Shown: piece by piece, positions 1 through 13,300 of the stretch | Layout of the letters: the number at the start of each line of letters is the position of its first letter | Position numbering within the stretch: the stretch's first letter is position 1 | Source: Gammaproteobacteria bacterium | Lineage (GTDB): Bacteria > Pseudomonadota > Gammaproteobacteria > UBA4575 | Assembly: GCA_965221955.1 (NCBI GenBank) | Contig: CBDCTA010000017.1 | Coordinates: 1-64,000 of the forward strand | Reading direction: 5' to 3' | DNA length: 64,000 bases | Made by a program: the position numbers and the translations under genes | The notes under the pieces: model-generated | The model's input: the letters and a program-made list of their open reading frames with translations, nothing else | Databases searched by the model: none | What the model was told of the DNA's origin: nothing

Positions 1-462
1 AATAGTTAGATTCTCTTTGTATACATGATTAACTTGCATCATGGGTGCACCACAGCATGCAGCTAAACATTCTTCTTCTTTCTTTAAATAAAATTTACCA
101 TCAGGCGTGCTTTCACCAACTTTAATGCCAAGTTTATTTTCTAGATGACTGACAATTTGATCTGCACCACGCAACATACAAGACAGATTTGTACACACAG
201 CGATCGTGTTTTTCCCAACTGGTTTAAGCTCAAACATGGAATAGAATGAAGCTACTTCATATACTGCAATGGGTGGCATATCCAAATACTCGGCAATCGC
301 ATCCATCTTATCTACTGGCAAATACCCTTCTTCATGTTGCAACGCACGCAATGCGCCTAACACGGCTGACTGTTGTTGATCGATAGGATACCTCGACATC
401 CAAGCATCAATTTCTTCACGTAGATGATCTGAAAGCACTGCGATTTTGGATGAATTATTCAT
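1..462 (-). CDS. nuoE: NADH-quinone oxidoreductase subunit E (3' end outside window)
   Basis: Manual translation from ATG at 462 (ATGA overlap with nuoD stop): [26 protein letters not shown]...[11 protein letters not shown]...[10 protein letters not shown], the 2Fe-2S cysteine motifs; position in the nuo operon. Confidence 0.93.
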   Translation of the reverse strand, partial: MNNSSKIAVLSDHLREEIDAWMSRYPIDQQQSAVLGALRALQHEEGYLPVDKMDAIAEYLDMPPIAVYEVASFYSMFELKPVGKNTIAVCTNLSCMLRGADQIVSHLENKLGIKVGESTPDGKFYLKKEEECLAACCGAPMMQVNHVYKENLTI

Positions 463-1713
463 CTGTCTATTTCTCCAAATACGATATCTTGCGTGCCAAT
501 AATAGCCACGACGTCTGCCAACATATGTCCGCGTGACATTTCATCTAATGAAGCAAGATGCGCAAAACCCGGTGCGCGAATTTTCATACGATAGGGTTTA
601 TTTGCACCATCCGATACCAAGTAAATTCCAAATTCACCTTTAGGATGCTCTACTGCTGCGTAGACTTCACCTTCAGGCAAACAATAACCCTCAGTAAATA
701 ATTTAAAATGATGAATCAGCTCCTCCATACCCATTTTCATTTCACCACGCGATGGTGGTGAAAATTTATGGTTATCTACCATCACGGGACCCGGGTTGGC
801 ACGTAACCATGCGATGCATTGTTTAATGATTTCGTTTGATTGACGCATTTCTTCAATACGCACTAAATAACGATCGTAACAATCTCCATTTACACCGACA
901 GGAATTTTAAAGTCGAGTTGATCATAGGTTTCATAAGGTTGTTTACGTCGCAGATCCCACTCCACTCCTGATCCACGCAACATGGGGGCCTGTAAAACCA
1001 AGTTGCTTGGCGCGTTCTGGACTCACAATGCCGATATCAACCGTGCGCTGCTTCCAAATGCGGTTGTCGGTTAACAGCGTTTCATATTCATCCACACAAC
1101 CTGGAAAACGCTGCGTGAAATCTTCAAGAAAATCTAACAAGGAACCTGTTCGTGCCGCATTTAATTTTTTTACATTTTTCTCATCATGCCAGCGCGACTC
1201 GACATACTTTGGCATTTCATCGGGCAAGTCACGGTATACACCACCGGGTCGATAATAAGTTGCATGTAATCGTGCGCCTGATACTGCTTCATAACAATCC
1301 ATTAAATCTTCACGTTCGCGAAATGTGTAGAGGAAAATGGTCATCGCTCCAATATCTAAACCATGTGCACCCAACCACAACAAATGATTCAGTATGCGTG
1401 TAATTTCATCAAACATGACGCGTACATATTGCGCACGCTCAGGCACTTCAATACCGGCTAACTTTTCTATGGCAAGAACGTATGCATGTTCGTTACTCAT
1501 CATAGAAACGTAATCCAGCCTATCCATATAACCAATGCTTTGGTTGTATGGTTTACTTTCGGCAAGTTTTTCAGTTGCTCGATGCAGCAAGCCAATATGT
1601 GGATCGGCGCGTTTAACTACTTCGCCTTCCATTTCGAGCACTAAACGCAAAACACCGTGTGCCGCAGGATGTTGCGGTCCAAAGTTCATCGTGTAATTAC
1701 GCAAATCAGACAT
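459..1713 (-). CDS. nuoD: NADH-quinone oxidoreductase subunit D (split by a 1-bp frameshift at the G-run 984-988)
   Basis: ORF 943..1767 ([19 protein letters not shown]) plus ORF 459..1001 (PMLRGSG...DIVFGEIDR); removing one G restores GFTGPMLRGSG. Confidence 0.95.
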
Positions 1714-2440
1714 CAGTTGGTTCCTCAACTGATTCATTTGCTTTTCCTTCTTCAAAACGATGATCATCGCGAATCACTTTGGGCACATTAACTCTCGGCT
1801 CAATTGAAACCGGTTGATAAATCACTCGCTTTTGATCTGGGTCATAACGCACTTCTACATGACCCACTAATGGAAAGTCTTTACGAAAAGGATGCCCGGT
1901 AAAACCGTAATCGGTGAGAATGCGGCGTAAATCAGGGTGCTCTTCAAACACAATACCAAACAAATCGAACGCTTCGCGCTCATACCAATTTGCGCAAGAC
2001 CAAATTTTAGTTACCGAAGGTAGAACCGGAAGATGGTTGTCTTCACAAAATACTTTGACACGAATTCTTATGTTATTTGCAATAGATAATAAATGATAGA
2101 CCACTGCATAACGAGGTTCGCTCATTTCAGTGTTTTGTTTTGCATCATCAAATGTAAATCGACCAAATGAAGCTTTTTCTACACCACGACTAAATCCTGA
2201 AGATGTGGCTGTCTCGGTATTCCATTCATCAGCTCCAAATTCTAAATAATCAACACCTGCCAGATCGATGAGTTGATCAAATTTAAATGCATCGGCTGTA
2301 TTCAACTGTGATAGAACAGCAATCAATTCATTAGGCTTGACGACAATTGTAATTTCGTCATGGTCAATCTCAATTGATTGCAACGAACTACTAAAGACAC
2401 GCTGTAACTCCGAATTAAGATGGTTGAGATTGTTTTGCAT
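1706..2440 (-). CDS. nuoC: NADH-quinone oxidoreductase subunit C
   Basis: [36 protein letters not shown] motifs. Confidence 0.96.
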   Translation of the reverse strand: MQNNLNHLNSELQRVFSSSLQSIEIDHDEITIVVKPNELIAVLSQLNTADAFKFDQLIDLAGVDYLEFGADEWNTETATSSGFSRGVEKASFGRFTFDDAKQNTEMSEPRYAVVYHLLSIANNIRIRVKVFCEDNHLPVLPSVTKIWSCANWYEREAFDLFGIVFEEHPDLRRILTDYGFTGHPFRKDFPLVGHVEVRYDPDQKRVIYQPVSIEPRVNVPKVIRDDHRFEEGKANESVEEPTDV

Positions 2441-2451
2441 AGCTTATGCAC

Positions 2452-2970
2452 TTATCGCTTTATAGTATTTGTGCGACGAATTTTATTTTGTAATTGCAAA
2501 ATTCCATACAACAATGCTTCAGCAGTGGGAGGACATCCAGGAACATATACATCTACAGGTATGATGCGATCACAGCCTCTCACTACTGAATAAGAATAGT
2601 GATAATAACCACCACCATTTGCACAAGAACCCATTGAGATCACCCATTTAGGATCTGCCATTTGATCGTAAACTTTGCGTAACGCGGGCGCCATTTTGTT
2701 TACTAAGGTCCCCGCTACAATCATGACATCAGATTGTCTTGGGCTGGGTCTAAACATAACACCGAAACGATCTAGATCATAACGCGCAGCACCAGCCTGC
2801 ATCATTTCAACTGCACAACATGCTAATCCAAACGTCATCGGCCACATTGAACCCGTGCGCGCCCAATTCACTAAATCATCAAGTTTTGTTGTAGCAAAGC
2901 CTTGCTCATTAAATCCTTGATCGTGAAAACTCTGTTCAAATGGACTCATTGGATTACTCATATTCGACAT
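2452..2970 (-). CDS. nuoB: NADH-quinone oxidoreductase subunit B
   Basis: [24 protein letters not shown] motifs. Confidence 0.97.
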   Translation of the reverse strand: MSNMSNPMSPFEQSFHDQGFNEQGFATTKLDDLVNWARTGSMWPMTFGLACCAVEMMQAGAARYDLDRFGVMFRPSPRQSDVMIVAGTLVNKMAPALRKVYDQMADPKWVISMGSCANGGGYYHYSYSVVRGCDRIIPVDVYVPGCPPTAEALLYGILQLQNKIRRTNTIKR

Positions 2971-3016
2971 TTTTAACCTTTAAACTATTCCTTTTTTAAA
3001 TCTTTCATTGGGAGCG

Positions 3017-3373
3017 CTAATCCCAATCGAGTGCACCTTTTTTCCATTCGTATATAAAACCAATAGTTAAAATAATTAAAAACACAGCCATTGAGATAAA
3101 ACCTATTAAACCTACTTCTCGTATAGCAACTGCCCATGGAAATAAAAACGCGATTTCTAAATCAAAAATAATAAACAGGATGGCAACGAGGTAATAACGC
3201 ACATCGAATTGCATACGCGCATCTTCAAATGCTTCAAAACCACATTCATAAGGAGAATCTTTTGCAGCGTCCGCTTTTCTCGGTCCTAGCTGCAGACCCA
3301 ACAATAAAGGGATAAGCCCCATCACCGAGGCAATTCCGATAAAAATTAAAACTGGAAGATAGTTTTCAATCAT
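3017..3373 (-). CDS. nuoA: NADH-quinone oxidoreductase subunit A
   Basis: [31 protein letters not shown]. Confidence 0.97.
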   Translation of the reverse strand: MIENYLPVLIFIGIASVMGLIPLLLGLQLGPRKADAAKDSPYECGFEAFEDARMQFDVRYYLVAILFIIFDLEIAFLFPWAVAIREVGLIGFISMAVFLIILTIGFIYEWKKGALDWD

Positions 3374-3725
3374 TATATTTTCTCGAGCAGATCATATTCT
3401 TATTCTTTATATTGATCTGAGTTTATATTTGATTTAGTTACTCAGTATATCTTGTCTGAACGCTTCGGTTTCATGAACGTTCTTAAATAATAGCCTCAGT
3501 CGTAAAATTGACAACGCATCTTTTGTACAGAAAGTAAACAAATCCATTTGTACTTCTACAAAGATTGTTAAACACTCAAGCCTCACAGCTTTTAGAAAGC
3601 TGACAATCATTTAAGCATCACAAATATTTGCTCATTCAACAATATACTTTTTGGCTCACTCTAAACTACGAATTTCGTCTAGCTGCGCCAATGCTTAATT
3701 TGCGTGTAGTACCCACACGCAAGTG

Positions 3726-3812
3726 TGGTGCCGATGGCCGGACTCGAACCGGCACGAGGTTGCCCTCACTAGCCCCTCAAGCTAGCGCGTCTACCAATTC
3801 CGCCACATCGGC
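3726..3812 (-). tRNA. tRNA-Leu(GAG)
   Basis: Reverse complement GCCGATGTGGCGGAATTGGTAGACGCGCTAGCTTGAGGGGCTAGT...GGTTCGAGTCCGGCCATCGGCACCA; long variable arm, CCA end; usual secG-tRNA-Leu-nuoA context. Confidence 0.96.
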
Positions 3813-4051
3813 CTGACCAATCCAGTATTTTAGCCTAAGGGGTGCATGCAGGAATCTTTTTTAGCTAATACTGATATAAAGCAAGGTAATTCCAGATACC
3901 CTAATGTTTTTGCCTTAAAGAATAATACTTTATCGAATTTATCTTCTGTATAGACAACATTAATAGATCATGGGATCATAATTGCAAAATTTTTAATGGT
4001 TATTGGCTAATGCCACCCATACTCAACACTCGGATTTAGAGGACAAGACTC

Positions 4052-4147
4052 ATGGATAATGAAGAATATAAAAAGTACGATATGGCCGCACTAATTGTAG
4101 GTGCTGTTATTGTTGTTTATGCCTTAGTAATGGCATTTGTATTTTAA
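4052..4147 (+). CDS. putative 31-aa single-pass small membrane protein
   Basis: MDNEEYKKYDMAALIVGAVIVVYALVMAFVF*, GAGG RBS upstream, hairpin just downstream; below the ORF-track size cut-off. Confidence 0.6.
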   Translation: MDNEEYKKYDMAALIVGAVIVVYALVMAFVF

Positions 4148-4166
4148 TTAGACTTTGATTTCAAAT

Positions 4167-4190
4167 GGGTGCTTTTTCTTTTAAGCACCC
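4167..4190. terminator. hairpin between the convergent small ORF and secG
   Basis: GGGTGCTT-N8-AAGCACCC inverted repeat. Confidence 0.55.
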
Positions 4191-4214
4191 TAATTTCAAC
4201 AAGCTATTTTAGCC

Positions 4215-4688
4215 CTACTCTGGAACGTCATCTGGAGTAACCTCCTCCAAAGCGCCCTTCACTTCTTCTTTAATAGACTCCAGGTTTTCTTGAGGTTGGC
4301 TTGGCAAGTCATCTGGAACATCACTCGGTAAATCATTAGACATTTCAGTAGTAGGCACATCATTTGTCTCAGGCACATCAGTATTTGAAACATCTGCTTC
4401 TGAGTTATCTACTGTAGTTTCCTCCACTGTGTCGATAACACTTTCTGCAACCGGGCGATTACTGGCTAAATGAGCAAGCCATAAACTGTTAACAAAAAAC
4501 AATACCGCAAGAACAGTGGTAATTTTAGTAAGAAATGATGCGGAGCCTTGTGCACCAAAAACGGTACCCGAAGCACCACTTCCAAATGCGGCACCGGCAT
4601 CAGCACCTTTACCATGCTGAATGAGTACCAAACCAATTATGGCAATTGCAAGTAAGACGTCTATGGCTACTAAAATGCTATATAACAT
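4215..4688 (-). CDS. secG: preprotein translocase subunit SecG with acidic C-terminal tail
   Basis: LIQHGKGADAGAAFGSGASGTVFG motif; downstream of tpiA. Confidence 0.95.
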   Translation of the reverse strand: MLYSILVAIDVLLAIAIIGLVLIQHGKGADAGAAFGSGASGTVFGAQGSASFLTKITTVLAVLFFVNSLWLAHLASNRPVAESVIDTVEETTVDNSEADVSNTDVPETNDVPTTEMSNDLPSDVPDDLPSQPQENLESIKEEVKGALEEVTPDDVPE

Positions 4689-4735
4689 TGTTATTTCTTA
4701 TAATTAAAAATGAATTCGAAAATGAGTTTACTGAC

Positions 4736-5488
4736 TTAATTTGCAGCAACCGCGATACCTATAAAATCTTCTGCTTTTAATGCAGCACCGCCGATTAAGC
4801 CACCATCAATATCAGGTTGCTGTAATAATTGTTGTGCGTTTTCAGGCTTCATACTGCCACCATAAAGAATTCGAATATTGGCCGCAATATCTTTATTTTT
4901 TGCATCTAGTGTTAAGCGAATTTCTTCATGTACTTCCTGGGCTTGCTCGGGGCTCGCCGTTTTGCCAGTACCAATTGCCCAAACGGGTTCATAAGCGATC
5001 ACAGCGTTGGCAAAAGCTTTTACTCCAAATAGATCAAGCACTGCGTTGATCTGGTTTGCAATTACAACTTCGGTATGACCTTCTTCACGTTCTTGTAGGG
5101 TTTCACCAACACATAAAATAGGTGTTAATCCATTCTTTACTACATGTGCAAATTTTGTTGCCACAGTTTCATTGCTATCTCCATAAATATGTCGACGCTC
5201 TGAATGGCCGATGATGTTATAAGTGCAACCAAATTCTTTAATCATGGCAGCCGCAACTTCTCCGGTGAAGGCGCCACTTTCTTGATCTGAACAATCTTGT
5301 GCACCTAAAGCAATATCAGAACCATTCAACAATTGCTGCACATGAGACAGGTATATATAAGGTGGGCATACTGCAAGCTCGGCATTTTTAACTTGGCCTT
5401 GCTGTTCACGAATACCAGAAACCAGCTCTGAGATGCTGCTCAATGATCCGTTTAATTTCCAGTTTCCTGCTACCAGTGGTCGACGCAT
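4736..5488 (-). CDS. tpiA: triosephosphate isomerase
   Basis: AGNWK, IGHSERR, AYEPVWAIGTG, YGGS. Confidence 0.98.
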   Translation of the reverse strand: MRRPLVAGNWKLNGSLSSISELVSGIREQQGQVKNAELAVCPPYIYLSHVQQLLNGSDIALGAQDCSDQESGAFTGEVAAAMIKEFGCTYNIIGHSERRHIYGDSNETVATKFAHVVKNGLTPILCVGETLQEREEGHTEVVIANQINAVLDLFGVKAFANAVIAYEPVWAIGTGKTASPEQAQEVHEEIRLTLDAKNKDIAANIRILYGGSMKPENAQQLLQQPDIDGGLIGGAALKAEDFIGIAVAAN

Positions 5489-5586
5489 AGTTTGGTGAAA
5501 TAGTCAGATAACGAAGGCGCGCAGCTTACCGATCACGGAAGCTTTAGGCAAATGTTATATTGGAGACTGGCGGATATACCGAAGGG

Positions 5587-6921
5587 CTAGCAAGCGGTGG
5601 CCACACTATCGGCTATTTGCTGGGCTAGCTGCTGAACTTTAGGTGCATCAACACCTTCCACCATCACTCGTACCAAAGGCTCGGTGCCAGAAGGTCTCAA
5701 AAGCACTCTGCCAGAATCTGCGAGATCAGACTCGGCATCTTTTACCGCTTGTTGAATTTGTGGTGTGTTTTCTAGATCAATTTTTTCCTGTATCGGGACA
5801 TTTATAAGAATCTGTGGATATTTACTCATTCCAGATTTCGCGGTTCGTAAACTGATCTGTTGATTGACCAAAACTTGTAACACCTGTAATGCCGAAATTA
5901 TTCCATCTCCAGTTGTGGTTCGATCTAAGCAAATAATATGCCCTGATGACTCACCACCTAATATCCATGAACGTTCTTTAAGCATTTCCATTACATAACG
6001 ATCACCAACCGCCGCACGGCCAAATTCAATATCGTTTTCACGCAAAGCATGTTCTAAACCCAAGTTACTCATCAATGTACCTACAACGCCACCGTGCAAA
6101 AGATTTTCACTTTTGCGTGCTTGTGCAATGATGTATAGCAGTTCATCACCATCAACAATCGCTCCAGTATCATCCACCATAATCAGGCGATCACCATCGC
6201 CATCGATCGCGATACCTAAATCTGCATGATGTTCGATTACAGCCATACGCAACGCTTTCGGATCGGTTGCGCCACAGTTTTCATTAATATTTAAACCATT
6301 TGGTTTGGAAGAAAGACTAATCACTTCTGCACCGAGTTCTGAAAAAACATTCGGTGCTATATGGTAAGTCGCGCCATGTGCGCAATCGACCACTAACTTT
6401 AAACCATTAAGTTTAATTCGCGTTGGAATAGTGCTTTTACAAAACTCAATATAACGTCCCGCTGCATCACTTACGCGTTCAACTTTTCCAAGTTTATCTG
6501 AAGATACAACCTCTAAAGGTTGGTCAAGTTGATTTTCAATTTCCAATTCAACAGAGTCAGGAAGTTTTTTACCTTCAGATGAAAAAAACTTTACACCATT
6601 ATCATAATAAGGATTGTGTGACGCACTGATGACAATACCCGCTGCAGCTCGCAAAGTACGCGTTAAATAGGCAATCGCAGGAGTTGGCATAGGCCCTAAC
6701 AAACGTGCGTTTACACCTGCAGCAGAAAGTCCTGCTTCTAAAACTGATTCGAACATATAGCCAGAAATACGCGTGTCTTTGCCAATCAACACCAAATCAT
6801 TTTTCTCATTGCATAAAACACGTCCAACAGCCCAACCAAGTTTGAGTACAAATTCTGGGGTCATCACACCGTCGCCTACACGACCACGAATGCCATCCGT
6901 ACCAAAGTATTTTCGTTCCAT
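5587..6921 (-). CDS. glmM: phosphoglucosamine mutase
   Basis: [22 protein letters not shown]; ATG 6921 preferred over upstream TTG. Confidence 0.97.
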   Translation of the reverse strand: MERKYFGTDGIRGRVGDGVMTPEFVLKLGWAVGRVLCNEKNDLVLIGKDTRISGYMFESVLEAGLSAAGVNARLLGPMPTPAIAYLTRTLRAAAGIVISASHNPYYDNGVKFFSSEGKKLPDSVELEIENQLDQPLEVVSSDKLGKVERVSDAAGRYIEFCKSTIPTRIKLNGLKLVVDCAHGATYHIAPNVFSELGAEVISLSSKPNGLNINENCGATDPKALRMAVIEHHADLGIAIDGDGDRLIMVDDTGAIVDGDELLYIIAQARKSENLLHGGVVGTLMSNLGLEHALRENDIEFGRAAVGDRYVMEMLKERSWILGGESSGHIICLDRTTTGDGIISALQVLQVLVNQQISLRTAKSGMSKYPQILINVPIQEKIDLENTPQIQQAVKDAESDLADSGRVLLRPSGTEPLVRVMVEGVDAPKVQQLAQQIADSVATAC

Positions 6922-7128
6922 AAAAGTTATTGCCAACTTATTGTCTGTTAGTGGATTTTATAGACTATTGGCTAAGAAAAGTAAGATATAAATCAGTTTA
7001 AGCGATGAAGACACACTTTTGAATGATGATTATGAGGCTAGCAAATGATAAACGGCCACAATGTACTACGGATGAGTACAAAACGGACCGTTTTAGAATT
7101 TAAAAACTCTAACTAATATTTATCAAAT

Positions 7129-9054
7129 TTAGTGTTCGCTCGCAGGCCCACCAATTGGACCTGTGTCTTTAGCATCATCTTTTGAGTTAGAAGCTGTAGT
7201 GCCAGAACGAGGTCCATCGTCATCCATCCAATCTTCCGGAGGACGAGGTTCTTTACCTGCCATAATGTCATCGATCTGTTCTTTATCGATGGTTTCATAT
7301 TTCATTAAGGCTTTAGCCATGACATGCAACTTATCCATATTTTCGACAAGTAATGTTTTAGCGCGATCATAGTTCATATCAATGATGCGTCGAATTTCTA
7401 AATCAATAGAGTTCGCGGTGTCATCAGAAACAGATTTATGTTGAGTCACTGAATGACCTAAGAACACTTCGCCATCTTCTTCACCATAAGCAAGTGGACC
7501 CATTTTTTCTGACAAGCCCCACTTTGTTACCATTGCTCGTGCAAGTTCAGTTGCACGTTCAATATCATTCGACGCTCCCGTCGTAACAGCCTCTTTACCA
7601 AAAATAAGTTCTTCGGCAAGTCGACCGCCAAATAAAGTTGAAATCTGACTTTCTAAACGTTGTTTGCTATGACTGTAGCGATCTTCTTCAGGTAAAAACA
7701 TGGTTACACCTAAAGCGCGCCCACGTGGAATGATCGTAACTTTATAAACTGGATCATGTTCTGGAACTAAACGTCCAACTATTGCGTGACCAGATTCATG
7801 ATAAGCCGTGTTCCTTTTCTCGTCTTCATCCATGACCATGGACTTACGTTCAGCACCCATAAGAATTTTATCTTTGGCGCGCTCAAACTCTTCCATATCA
7901 ACCGTGCGTTTATTTGCGCGTGCTGCAAACAATGCCGCTTCATTTACTAAGTTGGCAAGATCAGCACCAGAAAAACCTGGCGTACCACGTGCAATGTAAT
8001 CAGCACGAACATTTTTGCCCATTGGTACTTTGCGCATATGCACTTTAAGAATTTGCTCACGGCCACGAATATCAGGCAATGGCACCGTAACTTGACGATC
8101 AAATCTACCAGGACGAAGTAAAGCTGGATCTAATACATCAGGACGGTTAGTTGCTGCAATGACAATGACACCTTCATTACCATCAAAGCCATCCATTTCA
8201 ACCAATAATTGGTTAAGCGTTTGCTCACGCTCATCATGACCACCACCAAGACCTGCGCCACGATGTCGACCCACTGCATCAATCTCATCGATGAAAATAA
8301 TACAAGGTGAATGTTTCTTCGCTTGACTGAACATATCACGCACACGTGATGCACCTACACCGACAAACATTTCTACAAAGTCAGAACCCGAAATAGTAAA
8401 AAACGGAACTTTGGCCTCACCTGCAATGGCTTTCGCTAATAATGTTTTACCAGTACCTGGTGAACCCACCATCAACACGCCACGTGGAATTTTTCCGCCT
8501 AACTTTTGAAACTTGCCTGGATCACGCAAAAACTCGACTAGCTCTGAAACTTCTTCTTTAGCTTCTTCTACACCTGCAACATCATTAAAAGTTACTTTGA
8601 TTTGGTCTTCACCCATTAAGCGTGCTTTGCTTTTACCAAAAGACATTGCACCGCGACCAGAACCACCACCTTGCATTTGCCGCATGAAGAAAATCCACAC
8701 GCCAATTAATAGCAACATTGGGAACCAACTAATTAAAATATCCAATAGAAGCGATCGCGGCTTTGCTTCACCTGCTTCTACTTTCACATCATATTTAAGT
8801 AGAGTATCTAAAAGTTTGTTATCACCTGGGCTATTGGTTTCAAACTTCTCGCCATTCTGCATGACACCTGTAATTTGACGATTGTCAGGACTGATTAAAA
8901 CCGATTGAACATTGTTAGATCGAACTTCTTTAATGAACTCAGAGTAATCAAGTTCATTTGGTGTCTCTGGGCGTGGCGCAAAATTATTAAACACAGTCAT
9001 CAAGACGACCGCAATCACTGCCCAAAGCAATAAATTTTTAACCATGTCGTTCAA
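7129..9054 (-). CDS. ftsH: ATP-dependent zinc metalloprotease FtsH
   Basis: Two TM segments, GSPGTGKT Walker A, FIDEID, HESGH zinc motif. Confidence 0.98.
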   Translation of the reverse strand: MNDMVKNLLLWAVIAVVLMTVFNNFAPRPETPNELDYSEFIKEVRSNNVQSVLISPDNRQITGVMQNGEKFETNSPGDNKLLDTLLKYDVKVEAGEAKPRSLLLDILISWFPMLLLIGVWIFFMRQMQGGGSGRGAMSFGKSKARLMGEDQIKVTFNDVAGVEEAKEEVSELVEFLRDPGKFQKLGGKIPRGVLMVGSPGTGKTLLAKAIAGEAKVPFFTISGSDFVEMFVGVGASRVRDMFSQAKKHSPCIIFIDEIDAVGRHRGAGLGGGHDEREQTLNQLLVEMDGFDGNEGVIVIAATNRPDVLDPALLRPGRFDRQVTVPLPDIRGREQILKVHMRKVPMGKNVRADYIARGTPGFSGADLANLVNEAALFAARANKRTVDMEEFERAKDKILMGAERKSMVMDEDEKRNTAYHESGHAIVGRLVPEHDPVYKVTIIPRGRALGVTMFLPEEDRYSHSKQRLESQISTLFGGRLAEELIFGKEAVTTGASNDIERATELARAMVTKWGLSEKMGPLAYGEEDGEVFLGHSVTQHKSVSDDTANSIDLEIRRIIDMNYDRAKTLLVENMDKLHVMAKALMKYETIDKEQIDDIMAGKEPRPPEDWMDDDGPRSGTTASNSKDDAKDTGPIGGPASEH

Positions 9055-9104
9055 AAGGTGTACCTCTACTTATAATTCAAACACTTAAACGTTTATCGAC
9101 CTTA

Positions 9105-9713
9105 CTATAACTTAATTTGAGTAGCCAGGGCATACATCTCTCGGCTACGTGACCTGGACGCCTCAGGCTTACGAATCAATACCTTACTGAACTTTGACCG
9201 TAACATTTTTACATAATCGTCAAATCCAGCACCTTGAAACACTTTTACCAGCAGACCGCCGTCAGGTGCTAAAACTTCTAGACTAAAATCAGCGGCTAAT
9301 TCTGCTAGATATATGGCCTTGGGCTGATCAACACTACTGATACCACTAATATTGGGGGCCATATCAGATAAAACAAGGTCTATAGGTTTTTGACCGACTA
9401 AATCACGTAAAGATTCGTAAATTTCTTGCTCTGTAAAGTCACCCTTAAGGAAATGCACATTATTTATAGCTTCCATATCCAATACATCGATAGCGATAAC
9501 CTTACCGGTTTTCCCCACATTTTTTGCAGCATATTGACTCCAACCACCCGGCGCTGCGCCTAAATCAACAATATTCATTCCAGACTGAATGAGATTATAT
9601 TTTTGATCGAGTTCTTCTAATTTATAAACTGCACGCGAACGCCATCCTTCTTTATGTGCGCGCTGCACAAAAGGATCATCTGAATGCTCTTTGTTCCACT
9701 CTTTACTGCGCAC
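9105..9713 (-). CDS. rlmE: 23S rRNA Um2552 methyltransferase
   Basis: RSRAVYKL, DLGAAPGGWSQ, SDMAPN; upstream of ftsH. Confidence 0.96.
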   Translation of the reverse strand: MRSKEWNKEHSDDPFVQRAHKEGWRSRAVYKLEELDQKYNLIQSGMNIVDLGAAPGGWSQYAAKNVGKTGKVIAIDVLDMEAINNVHFLKGDFTEQEIYESLRDLVGQKPIDLVLSDMAPNISGISSVDQPKAIYLAELAADFSLEVLAPDGGLLVKVFQGAGFDDYVKMLRSKFSKVLIRKPEASRSRSREMYALATQIKL

Positions 9714-9775
9714 GAGGAATTACCAGAACTTTCAGAAAAAGCGAAAAGAAGTTCTGATTTATTTTGATACTAGGC

Positions 9776-9837
9776 AAGAATATTTTTTAAAAACGGAGTT
9801 TACTAATTGGTAAATGAGTATTTTAAAAAATATTCTT
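9776..9837. repeat. 17-bp perfect AT-rich inverted repeat in the greA-rlmE spacer
   Basis: AAGAATATTTTTTAAAA (9776-9792) and TTTTAAAAAATATTCTT (9821-9837). Confidence 0.8.
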
Positions 9838-9871
9838 AACGACGTAGCAGGATAAATTCAGGACTTCCTGC

Positions 9872-10348
9872 TCATTCATAGCGGACTTCGACTATTTCAT
9901 ACTCTTTCTGCCCCGCCGGCGCCTCCACAACGGCAATATCCCCTTCTTCTTTACCAATCATGGCGCGTGCAATGGGCGAGGTAACCGAAATCATACCTTG
10001 TTTAATATCGGCTTCGTCTTCTCCAACAATAGTGTAAGTCACTTCTTCACCTGTTTCTTCATCGGCTAAATCTACTGTAGTACCAAACACAACTTTGCCG
10101 TTAGCATTTAACTTCGTCACATCAATGATTTCAGCATTAGATAGCTTACCTTCAATCTCTTTAATTCGGCCTTCTGCAAAAGATTGTTGTTCTCTTGCTG
10201 CGTGATATTCAGCATTTTCTTTTAAATCACCATGCGCACGAGCCGTAGCAATTGCCTCAATAATTTGAGGACGTTTTACATTTTTAAGTTCGTCTAATTC
10301 CGCGCGTAATTTTTCTGCGCCTTTAACTGTTAATGGAACTCTATTCAT
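9872..10348 (-). CDS. greA: transcription elongation factor GreA
   Basis: [26 protein letters not shown]. Confidence 0.98.
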   Translation of the reverse strand: MNRVPLTVKGAEKLRAELDELKNVKRPQIIEAIATARAHGDLKENAEYHAAREQQSFAEGRIKEIEGKLSNAEIIDVTKLNANGKVVFGTTVDLADEETGEEVTYTIVGEDEADIKQGMISVTSPIARAMIGKEEGDIAVVEAPAGQKEYEIVEVRYE

Positions 10349-10370
10349 ATCAAAAAATTATTAAAATTTA

Positions 10371-13300
10371 TTAATGCTTAGTTTGTTGGTGCAAATCTTG
10401 AAGCCTGTAAACCTGATACTGGTCTCGTTTTTGCATAGCATCTTTTAAAGCCCATGCACCAGCCATGGTTGTGGTGTAGCAAACCTTATGTTGTAAAGCT
10501 TCTCTTCTAATTGTAAATGAATCTGCAATAGCTTGCTTACCTTCTGTTGTATTCACAATGAGATCAATTTTACCATCTATAATCATGTCAACAATATGAG
10601 GACGCCCTTCTCTGACTTTATTCACAGGAGTGCATTGTATCCCTTGCTCTGCGAGGTACCTTGCAGTCCCTTTCGTTGCTACTAAAGTAAAACCCAACTC
10701 AACCAGATGTTTTGCAACTTCACTCGCTTGCTGTCTATCTTCCTTGCGCACACTGATTAATGCGCTCCCTGATTCAGGAAAGGTAGTACCTGCAGCAAAC
10801 TGTGATTTGCCAAAAGCTTCACCAAAAGTATCACCTACACCCATCACTTCACCGGTAGATTTCATCTCTGGCCCCAAAATAGGATCAACACCTAAAAATT
10901 TGATGAAAGGAAATACTGCTTCTTTAACAGAATAATATTTTGGCGTGATTTCTTCAGTTGCCCCCTGATGTTGAAGACTTTGCCCCACCATACAACGCGC
11001 TGCAATTTTCGCTAATGGGATCCCAATGGCTTTTGAAACAAAAGGCACAGTCCGTGAAGCACGTGGATTGACTTCGATTAAATAAACTTTTTCATTTTTG
11101 ATTGCGAACTGAATATTCATCAATCCTTTTACTTGTAAAGCTAGCGCAAGTTTTCGCGCTTGTTCACGCATTTCATTTTGTACTGATTCACTTAAGTTAT
11201 AAGGCGGCAAAGAACACGCGCTATCACCAGAGTGAATACCGGCTTGCTCAATATGTTGCATAATTCCACCAATCAAAACATCTTTGCCATCACATATTGC
11301 ATCCAAATCTACTTCTACCGCATCTGCAAGAAAATGGTCGATCAAAACCGGCGCATCATTTGAAACTTTTACTGCCTCACGCATATATCGTTCTAAATCA
11401 GCACGGTTATATACAATTTCCATTGCACGCCCACCCAACACATAGGAAGGTCGAACCACTACAGGATAACCAATTTCATCCGCGGCATTGACTGCTTGCT
11501 CTGTGCTGGTAGCGGTTGCATTAGGAGGTTGCAATAACTTTAATTCATTGACTAATTGCAAAAAGCGTTCGCGATCTTCTGCCAAATCAATCGAATCTGG
11601 AGTTGTTCCAACAATGGGAACTCCTGCTGCCTCTAAGTCTTGCGCGAGCTTTAATGGCGTTTGCCCGCCAAATTGAACAATCACACCTTGTGGTTGTTCG
11701 ATACGAACAATTTCTAAAACATCTTCTAAAGTTAACGGCTCGAAATATAAACGATCAGAAGTATCATAGTCAGTGGATACGGTTTCAGGATTACAGTTCA
11801 CCATGATGGTTTCATATCCATCTTCACGCATTGCAAAAGCCGCATGCACACAACAATAATCAAATTCGATCCCTTGACCAATTCTATTTGGCCCACCACC
11901 TAAAACGATGATTTTTTTCTTATCTGAAGGTTGTGCTTCACATTCTTCATCATAGCTTGAATACATATATGCGGTACTGGTCGCAAACTCTGCAGCACAG
12001 GTATCCACTCTCTTATATATAGGATGCACTTGCAGCTCAGCTCTCTTTGCGCGCACATCATTCTCACTACATTGTAGCAACTTGGAAATTCTTCTGTCAG
12101 AAAAACCTTTACGTTTTATGTGGCGCATCATTTGCGCATCGATATCATCAAGTTTCTTGTTCGAAAGCTCTGCTTCGAGATCAATGAGTTCTTTTAATTG
12201 GGCTAAAAACCAAGGATCAATTGCTGTAGAGGCATATAAATCTTCAACACTTTGACCTAAACGCATCGCATCTGCCACGTACCACGCACGATGTGGCCCT
12301 GGTTCACGCAACTCTGAAGTCAAAAGACTTAAATGTTCTTCGTCATACTCATCATGCATGGGGTCCAAACCATCGACACCAATTTCCAAACCACGCAATG
12401 CTTTTTGAAACGATTCTTGAAAAGTCCGCCCAATCGCCATGACTTCTCCAACTGATTTCATTTGCGTACTTAATTTAGCTTTTGCTTGCGGAAATTTTTC
12501 AAAAGTAAAACGAGGAATTTTTGTTACTACATAATCAATACTGGGTTCAAATGATGCGGGGGTTGCCCCTCCGGTAATTTCATTTTGCAATTCATCCAAG
12601 GTATAGCCCACTGCCAGTTTTGCAGCAATTTTTGCAATCGGAAATCCTGTTGCTTTTGAGGCCAATGCTGAAGAACGTGACACACGCGGATTCATTTCAA
12701 TGATGATCATGCGCCCATCTTTAGGGTTAATCGAAAACTGCACATTTGAACCACCGGTATCCACACCAATTTTGCGCAACACCGCTAACGATGCATTACG
12801 CATAATCTGATATTCCTTATCCGTTAAGGTTTGTGCAGGTGCAACAGTAATAGAATCACCTGTGTGCACACCCATAGGATCAAAGTTTTCAATGGAACAA
12901 ATAATGATGCAGTTGTCATTTTTATCCCGCACCACTTCCATTTCATATTCTTTCCAACCTAATAAAGATTCTTCTAATAAAACTTCTGTTGTAGGTGAAA
13001 GATCCAAACCATGTTCAACAATGGCTTTAAACTCTTCCAAGTTATACGCAATTCCGCCACCGCTTCCTCCCATGGTAAAAGAAGGTCGAATAATGGTTGG
13101 GAAACCTAAACTTGGTTGTTGTTGAATCGCTTCTTCTAAACTATGCGCAAGCGCAGAACGTGCAGACTTCAAACCAATTTCATCCATTGCTTTTCGAAAC
13201 AACTCACGATCTTCAGCCATATCGATCGCTTGTTTATTCGCACCAATCATCTGAACACTATATTTTTCTAAAACACCTTCACGATCTAAATCTAATGCAC

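Noticed and set aside
3628-3816. 62-aa ORF (also the 61-aa ORF at 59687..59872)
   Set aside because: They overlap tRNA genes; spurious.
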